Assembly: GCA_016860985.1 (NCBI GenBank)
Contig: BOKM01000001.1
Span: 655,462-719,461, forward strand
Direction of reading: 5' to 3'
Origin: Patescibacteria group bacterium
Lineage (GTDB): Bacteria; Patescibacteriota; Dojkabacteria; GCA-002793355
DNA: 64,000 bases
Made by a program: the position numbers and the translations under genes. Numbering within the stretch: position 1 is the first letter of the stretch; the number at the start of each line of letters is the position of its first letter. Of the stretch, positions 1 to 9,000 are shown in pieces. Below the pieces are notes generated by a model that did no database searches, was not told the DNA's origin, and worked only from the letters and a program-made list of their open reading frames with translations.

Positions 1-1
1 T

Positions 2-3000
2 GGTGCGGGTAATACTGCAGGTGGCGCTGGAAATGTAGTTGGAGCAACAGGTAATACCATCGGTAATAAAGATTATCCATTAACCCTCGGTGGCGCAGGT
101 GGTGCGGCAGGTGGCGGTGGAGTTGGTGGAAATGGTGGTGGTGCTATAAAAATTGAATCAACCGGAACCGTTACAATCAACGGTTTAATTACTGCTAACG
201 GTCTTTCTGGCCAGAAAAGCGCAGACAATCAAACATCAGGTGGTGGTGGAGCAGGTGGTTCGATTTGGGTTGAAGCTCAGATATTAGCAGGAACTGGTCA
301 GGTAAAGGCAGAAGGTGGAAGCACTGATACATCAGCAAGTTACTACGGTGGTGGTGGTGGTGGTGGTCGAATCGCGTTGATTTGTACTGCGTCTACGACT
401 TTTCCATCTCAAAATGTAAGTGTTGCCTTTGGTATCGGCTCTCAAAATGGTCAGGTTGGTACGTTGGTTGGTCCAGGTTGTAAGCCATCAAACCCACAGG
501 TCCTTAAGTTCTACGAAAAGAACGCAACTGCAGGAAGGGTCGATCGTGAAATATTGGTTGGTGAATTAACTACAAAAACTGCCCTTACATTCGCCTCCGA
601 TTTGGCAGGCAGCAACTTGAAACTAGAAGTAGAAATACGCGAAAAGGCGCAGTCGTTTACAAATACCCCAACAAATGCGCAAGTGACTGCCTTGAGCAAC
701 AAAACGTGTACAGGTATTCCTGCAACAAATAACGTTACAATATCCACCTATTGTGGTTATGTAGAAGTAACAACGGGGCTGAGTACAAGTAAGGAATACA
801 AGTGGCAGGCGCGTGTAGTTAGCACGTCAGGTATTCCATCGGCATGGGTTCAGTTTGGAGAGAACTCGACCTCAGATTATGATTTTGTTATTTCTGGCGC
901 AGCTTCTTCGATTATAATTCTTGACGGAAATAGCCAATCTGCCGTCGTCGGTCAGTTGGTTGCCACAAAGCCAAAAGCAAAAGTCGTTGATGCTGCAGGT
1001 TATGGCGTGCCATTTTATGCATTAACCTCTTGGTCGGTATTAACTGGAGGTGGAACGCTTTCGAATTCTGTGATTACCACTGATAAGTGGGGTGAAGTAA
1101 CAACCGATTGGGCTCTTGGTCCAACGGCAGGAGTTGCGAATAACTCAATTAAAATTAGTAAGACGACTCCGGCTTTAAGTGCAACCTTTACTGCAAGCGC
1201 ACTTCCGGGTGCAGTAGCAAGCTATACGGTAGATGCGGCATCCAACACATCCTTGATAAACACTCCATTCACCTATACGGTAACTGCAAAGGATGGTTAT
1301 GGAAATATTGTTCCTTTTGTTGGGGCCCTTTCTGTAGTCCCCGTTTCGTCACAAGATATAAATAGTCCTGGGCTTGGCTCACTGCTTCCTTCATCTATCG
1401 TTTTTGACCAACAACAGGAATCTTTGCCAAATGCGTTGTATAAAGATGGGGCAACTGGCTCAATTTCAATTACAACAGCGACTTACTCGTATGCAGAGAG
1501 TATTAAACTAAAAGTATTCGATTCTCTCGGAAATCAAGGTTTTTCAAGTTCAATTTTCTTTGTAGAATCTGTCGGAACATGCCCTTCTGTCGTTATCGAT
1601 CGTAACCAAACATGGAACGCAATAGATGCGCCGGGTGGTATTTTTGATTGTAGAGGGTTTGGACAATTTACTGTACGTGCTGGTTATACCTTAACTCTTC
1701 AGGGTTACAATAACGGCGATACAAACTATACAAATGACTATGGTGTGACTATCTTGATGGATAGTCTGAAGGTGGAAAATACTGGAGTAATGTCTGCAAA
1801 CGGAACAGGGTATCCAAGCAGATCTGGTGTTGGTAGCGGTGTACATGGTGGCTATCAAAGAACACTAGCTACACTTCCATATGGAAATGTATATGAGCCT
1901 GTTAGCTTTGGAAGTGGCACAATGCGCTCCTATGCAGGGCGGACAAGTACCGGTCACGGTGGTGGTGCAATTAAACTTGTTGTTGACGGAAACTCGCTAA
2001 TTGATGGTGTAATTTCAGCAAATGGAACAAATGCAACTAATGGGGAATCATCTGATGGTGCTGCAGGTGGAAGCGTATGGATTGATACACAGGGGCTAAG
2101 CGGAGCAGGCTCAATACAAACAAACGGTGGTAACGGTAAATCAGGCTCTTTCTCGGGAAGTTATGGAGGAGGAAGCGGTGGGCGCATCGCAGTCTACTAC
2201 GACAGCAATAGTGGTTTTTCGCTAGATGCTTCACATCTTCAATCTTATGCTGGAACGGCTGGTGGTGGCTACAGTGGAGCTGGTACAGTGTATGTCGAGA
2301 ACACACAAACTGATACCTCACACGCAGGAAAGTTGATTATTGATAATAATTCACACAATGGACTTACAGCAGGCATGCCAGAGGCAACCTACTCTTTCAG
2401 TAAAATTTCAGCAACCCGATATGGCCATGTCGAATTTATTGGCCAGAACAGTATCCTTAATCTTTCAAGTGGGAGCGAGCTCGAAGGCGACAATACAAAG
2501 CCATTGATAAAAGTATCTGGTACATTAAATTACACAGGTAACTCACTTCTGACAATCGATGGCGTAGATCTTGGTATAAATGGTAAGGTACTTGGTGTCC
2601 AAGATATTTCTATAGGTGGAACAAACGCAGCCGGAGTAACATTATATGCGAATACTTGGTTTTACAATAAAACTACGACTCACAGTTTTAATGATGTGAC
2701 AGTAAATGGTAATGGTATTCTTTCCCTTGTTTCCTACCAGAATGGTACAACTTCAATTACAGACGATTATGGAGTTACGCTTTCATTAAACTCCTTAACT
2801 GTTGCCAGTGGTGGGTTTGTAACTGCAGATGGACTAGGATATCCCGACGATGTTGGTGTAGGTAGTGGTGTGCACGGTGGTTATCAAAGGAATCTCGCGA
2901 CTCTTCCGTATGGTGATATTTATGAACCTGTAACTTTAGGTAGTGGAACTATTAGAAACTACGCAGGCTGGACGAGTACAGGTCACGGAGGTGGAGCGAT

Positions 3001-6000
3001 GAAGCTAATAGTTGCTGGTTCAATGACGGTTAATGGAACAGTGACTTCTAGTGGTAAAAATGTGACTGATGGCCACACAGCAGATGGTCCAGCTGGTGGA
3101 AGTGTATGGATTTCTGCACAGACACTTACCGGAAGTGGAACGATTAAAGCAAATGGTGGAAATGGATTATTAAACTCCTTCGGAGAAAGTTACGGTGGGG
3201 GAAGTGGTGGTCGCGTTGCTGTTTATTATGGTACAAGTAGTTTTCCAGAGGCAAATATTCAGGCCTACGCAGGTGGAAATGGAGGCACGAACTACTCTGG
3301 AGCTGGTACAGTGTATATAGAACAGCTTGGAGTCGATACGCCAAAAGGTGGAACGTTGATTGTAGATAACAATAATCATAATGGTCAGTTTTCTGGTGTT
3401 ATTGAAGGAACTTACCAATTGAAAAAGATTCAGGCAACGCGCTACGGTCATGTCGAATTTATTGGCCAGAATAGTGTTTTGAACCTCGTTAGCGGTCAAG
3501 GAATGGTTGGTGATAATACGAAGCCTCAGATTAAAATTTCAGGTACGCTACAATACTCAGGTAGCGGAGTGCTCACCATCGACGGAGTTGACTTAGGAGT
3601 AAACGGCAAAACGGTCGGTATACAAGATATAACAATCGGCGGATCTAATCCTGCAGGCCTCACACTTTATGCAAAAACATGGTTCCATAGCAATATTAAT
3701 CCCTATTCTTTTGGCGATCTTACGGTTATGTCAAATGGAACGGTTAGTATGGTGGGATATCAGAATGGTGCGGCAACGTATACAGATGATTATGGTGTAA
3801 CACTACTTGCGACAGGTATTAATATCGCCAATGGTGGGAGTATTACGGCAGATGGGTTGGGGTATCCCGACGATGTTGGCGTAGGAAGTGGTGTACATGG
3901 TGGTTACCAGCGAAATGATGGAACTCTTCCTTACGGAAACATATATCAACCTATTACATTAGGAAGTGGAACGTTAAGAAACTATGCAGGTTGGACAAGC
4001 ACGGGGCATGGTGGTGGTGCAATAAAACTTGTTGTTACTGGAGACACAGTGGTTAATGGAACCTTAACAGCAAGTGGGAAAAATGTAACCGATGGTCACA
4101 CTGCAGACGGTCCAGCCGGTGGAAGTATCTGGCTAGATACGCAAACACTCTCTGGTAGTGGAACAATCAAAGCAAATGGTGGAAATGGCCTATTGAATTC
4201 TTTTGGAGAGAGCTACGGTGGTGGAAGCGGTGGGCGCATTGCAGTGTATTACAATACAAACAGCTTTCCCGTCGCAAGTATTCAGGCCTATGCGGGTGGA
4301 AACGGTGGTACAAATTATTCTGGTGCTGGCACTATCTACATTGAAGACAAGTCAGTTGATGTGAGCGGTAAAGGCAAGCTTATTGTCGATAATAATATGC
4401 ATAATGGCATGCTTTCCGGAGTTCCTGAAGGTAGTTATAGTTTTAAAGAATTACAGGCTACCCGTTATGGCCATGTCGAGTTTATTGGTCAAAACAGTGT
4501 GCTCAATCTTGTTAGTGGTGCAGGGATGATGGGTGATACAACCCAATCTCAAGTAAAAATATCTGGTACCTTAGAGTACTCCGGTGTGGGGACACTTACA
4601 GTTGACGGGGTTGACCTTGGAATAAATGGAAAAACGCTTGGAATCGAAGATATAGCAATTGGCGGTTTAAATCCAGCGGGGGTCACGTTGTACGCGAAAA
4701 CATGGTATCACAGCAATCTCGTTCCCTATAGCTTCGGAGATGTTACGGTTGAAAGTAATGGAACCTTATCTTTGCAATCATTCCAAAATGGTGCTGCTTC
4801 TTACTCGGACGACTTCGGTGTAAACCTTGGAATGACTTCGTTGAATGTAAAGAGTGGTGGCGTGGTTACCGCTGAAGGTAAAGGGTATCCAGATGACATT
4901 GGAGTAGGAAGTGGAGTACACGGTGGCTATCAACGAAATGATGGAACGCTACCATATGGTGATGTTTTTGAACCAGTAACCTTAGGAAGTGGAACACTTC
5001 GGAATTATGCGGGTTGGACTAGTACTGGTCATGGTGGTGGCGCTATAAAACTCGTTGTTTCTGGAGACACAATTGTAGATGGAATTATTACAGCAAATGG
5101 AACAAATGTAACGAATGGCCACACCGCAGATGGTCCAGCTGGTGGAAGTATTTGGTTGGATACACAATCACTTACTGGTACCGGAACAATTTCAGCAAAT
5201 GGTGGAAATGGCTTACTGAACTCTTTCGGTGAGAGCTATGGTGGTGGATCAGGCGGAAGAATTGCAGTGTACTATCAGTCAAGTAATTTTCCAGAGGCAA
5301 ATATTCAAGCCTATGCTGGCGGAAACGGCGGAACTTACTATTCAGGAGCAGGAACCATTTATCTTGAACACAAAGGTACTGATACCAATAAAGGAGGGAA
5401 GTTAATCGTCGACAATAACGGTCACAATGGTGGCTTCTCTGGAGTGAAAGAAGGTGTCTACAACTTCAAAGAAATCCAAGCAACACGTTATGGTCATGTG
5501 GATTTTATCGGGCAGGAAAGTAGAGTTACATTGGCAGCTGGAGACAGTATAGTTGGAGACAGCACAAAGCCACAGGTAAAGATGTCTGGAACTCTTGTGT
5601 ATACAGGGAGTGAGACTTTCGCTGTAAGTGGCTATAATCTTGGCATAAATGGAAAGGTAGAGGGTATACAAAATATAACTATTGGTGGGCAAAATGTTGG
5701 AGAAATGACGCTTTATGCTCGAACATGGTTCCACAATCAGACGGTTCCATTTACCTTTGGAGATTTACTTGTAAAGAGTAATGGACTTTTGTCACTTGTG
5801 TCGTATCAAAATGGAGTAGGACAAACCTCAGATGATTATGGAGTATCATTAAATCTCTCTAATCTTGAGGTAGAAGTCGATGGAAAAATTACCGCAGATG
5901 GTTTAGGGTACCCTGTTAATGTTGGTGCAGGCAGTGGTGTTCATGCGGGATATCAACACAATCTTTCAACAGTGCCGTATGGTGATATGTATGAACCTAC

Positions 6001-9000
6001 CACCTTAGGTAGCGGTATTATGAGGTCCTACGCTGGTTGGTCAAATCTTGGTGCCGGTGGTGGCGCAATAAAAATCTTTGTTAATGGAACAACGTTATTA
6101 AATGGATCACTTTCAGCAAATGGTATCGATGGTAATGGAGAGGCTACAGATGGTGGTGCTGGTGGAAGTATTTGGCTCGATACAGGGTTGTTGCAAGGTA
6201 CAGGAACAATCAAAGCCAATGGTGGCGCAGGTAAAAATGGCTATGGTGGTGGTGGATATGGAGGTGGTACTGGTGGCCGAATCGCTGTCTATTACGAAAA
6301 CAATGATGGTTTCGATTTAACAAAGACGAGTACTCAAGCCTTTGGAGGACTCGGTGGGGGTGGATACAGTGGACCTGGTACGGTTTATTTAGAAAATGTC
6401 ACTACAGACGCACCAAAACAAGGTAGTCTGAGAATTGACAACAACGGACATACTGGTCGAGCGCAAAACTTTGCTGCTGGTACTCATACCTTTGAAGATG
6501 TTGAAATAGGTCAAAATGTTACCGTTTGGGTCTCAAGTGATTTGGATGCAGTACTTGATCCTTTGTCGGTTGCTGTAAAGCATGAGTCGCTTACTGAATC
6601 TGCCACGGTTGTCTCGTATGGCATGAACGACGATCTTGTAAGTGCGTATCTTGATTCATCAGGTAATAAAAAACATGCAACTGGTAGTGAATATATTCAA
6701 TCTGTTGATGGTAAGTTCGGTAATGCGCAGCGCTTCCTCGCGGGTGATATTGGTATGTCTTTTGAGTCAATTTCACTGCCAGGTGACTGGAGTATAGATA
6801 TGTGGGTTAAATTCCCTCTACCTGCCACGCCAGAAGGTTGGAGAACCTTAGTTCACAACAATGGGTATTCCAATCACAATATTATTATTAGTAGTGACGG
6901 ACAACTAGGTGCATACAATAGTGGTTGGTACGATTCAAGTTACAATGTGAACAGTTTAAGTGGATGGCATCATCTTGCTGCGGTTGCTTCGGGGTCGTCC
7001 ACAAAATACTACATTGATGGCACACTAGTAGGCAGTGTTCCAATTGTTATGCATAACTCAATCAATGTGATTGGTAATGGTGGCGTAAACCAACCAGCTG
7101 GCACGTTAGACGAGATTCGTATACAAGACAAAGCAATGAGTTCTGCCGAAATATTGGCAGCTGCAACAGCGACAGAGCCGTATGTCGCCGATGCTTATAC
7201 GCTCGCTTTATGGCATATGGATGAAGAGGTAACTCCGGTTCAAGATGCATCTGTTAACGGTTATGCAGTTTTTGGTATCGGTGCTCCATTACAGTCGGTC
7301 GGAAGGTTTAATTACGGCAAAACGATTGGACAGGGGCAGTTAATGAAAACAGACGCTGTTACACTTGGCGAAAATTGGACTATTGATATGTGGGTGAAAT
7401 TCCCGCTTCCTTCTACTGGTGATGGGTGGAGAACGCTTATTGCTAACGCAGGTGGTACATATCATCCGATAATAGTTAGTTCAGATGGAACAATAGGAAC
7501 GTATAATAATGGCTGGGCTAGTTCTGGGTACAATATTAGTGCCCTTACCGGTTGGCATCATGTTGCTGCCGTTGGTGAGAATACGTCTACAAAAATGTAT
7601 ATAGATGGGCTATTAGTTGGAACATCTGCCTCCAAGGTGACACAAGCAATATCAGCTTTAGGAAATATCGAAGTTAACGGTGCAAGACAACAAGCTGGTG
7701 AAATTGATGAAGTTAGAATCCGAAATAGAGCAGTTGGACCAGATGAACTACTTGCGAATGCCCAAGCTGAATCACTTCCAGCTGTTGATAATTCGACACA
7801 ATTATTGGTGCATTTTGATAATGCAACGGCAAAATATCTTGCAGATGGAAGCGGTGAGGATTTGGACGCTCGAAGTGTTGGAACCGCGTCTGTTATTGGG
7901 AAATATGGTAAAGGTCTTCAATTCACAGGCTTAAGGGACTATGCAGTAGTTCCACAGTTTGAGGCTGATTTCTCACAAGGAATCACTGTTTCGTTGTGGG
8001 CAAATCCAACATCCATCGGGAATTATGCTCGATTCATGGATTTTAATGTAGCTGGTTGTCCTAACGACAATATACTACTTTCTAGAAGTGGAACTTCGAA
8101 TGACCTGTTATTCCAAACATTCCAAGGAACAGGTGGTGCTGCAACACTCGTTGCATCAGGTGCGATTTTGAACAACGAATGGCATCATTACACTGCAACT
8201 ATAGATGGAACTGGAACAGGTCGTTTATATAGAGATGGTGAATTGTTGGTATCCGGACCAATGACCCTTCCACGAAACGTTGCTCGAACGACTAATTACA
8301 TTGGTAAAAGCTGTTCAGGCAGTGACGCTTTGTATACAGGGTTAATGGACGACTTCTCCATGCTAAACCGAGCCCTAAGTAATGAGGAAGTTAGAGCTGC
8401 CTACAATGGCTACACCCTTGCTGAGTACCAAGCATCTCAGGAGCAGTTGGTGGGAGAAGGAGTCCGTCTTATCGTAAAAGGTGATTTTACACTCGCATCG
8501 GGAGCGTCAATAGTTGGTGATGGTGTTGGCTTCCCCTCCGACAGAGGAATTGGTCGTGGTAATGCAGGAGTTGGTTACTCTGGTGGTGGTGGTGGTGCAA
8601 ACGGTGGTAATGGTGGTAATGGTCAGTCTGATGGATCAAACCAACCAGCTCAAGGTGGTTCAAAATTCGGGGATCAGTTGTTGCCTGTTACATTAGGAGC
8701 AGGTGGTGGTGCATCAGGAGTCGGTGCAAAGGGTGGTACAGGTGGTGGATCATTTACCGTTATTGCAAAAGGTAAATTAAGTCCCGAAGGGCAGTATCAA
8801 GATGGAAACATTGTAGTAAATGGAACTATTTCAATGAATGGTACTGCAGGTCTTACCGGTTCTCCAGGTGGTGGTGGTGGTGCAGGTGGTTCAATTCTCT
8901 TGCACGGTAATACATGTGTCATCGATGGAACATTAAGTGCAACAGGTGGTGAAGGCGGAAATAGTGATATAGACGGTGGTAGTGGAGGAGGAGGTCGCGT

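Noticed and set aside
1733-7700. Diversity-generating retroelement TR/VR pair among the giant-gene repeats
   Set aside because: In the segments compared, differences are mostly synonymous and involve all four bases, not adenine-specific; no reverse transcriptase in the window.
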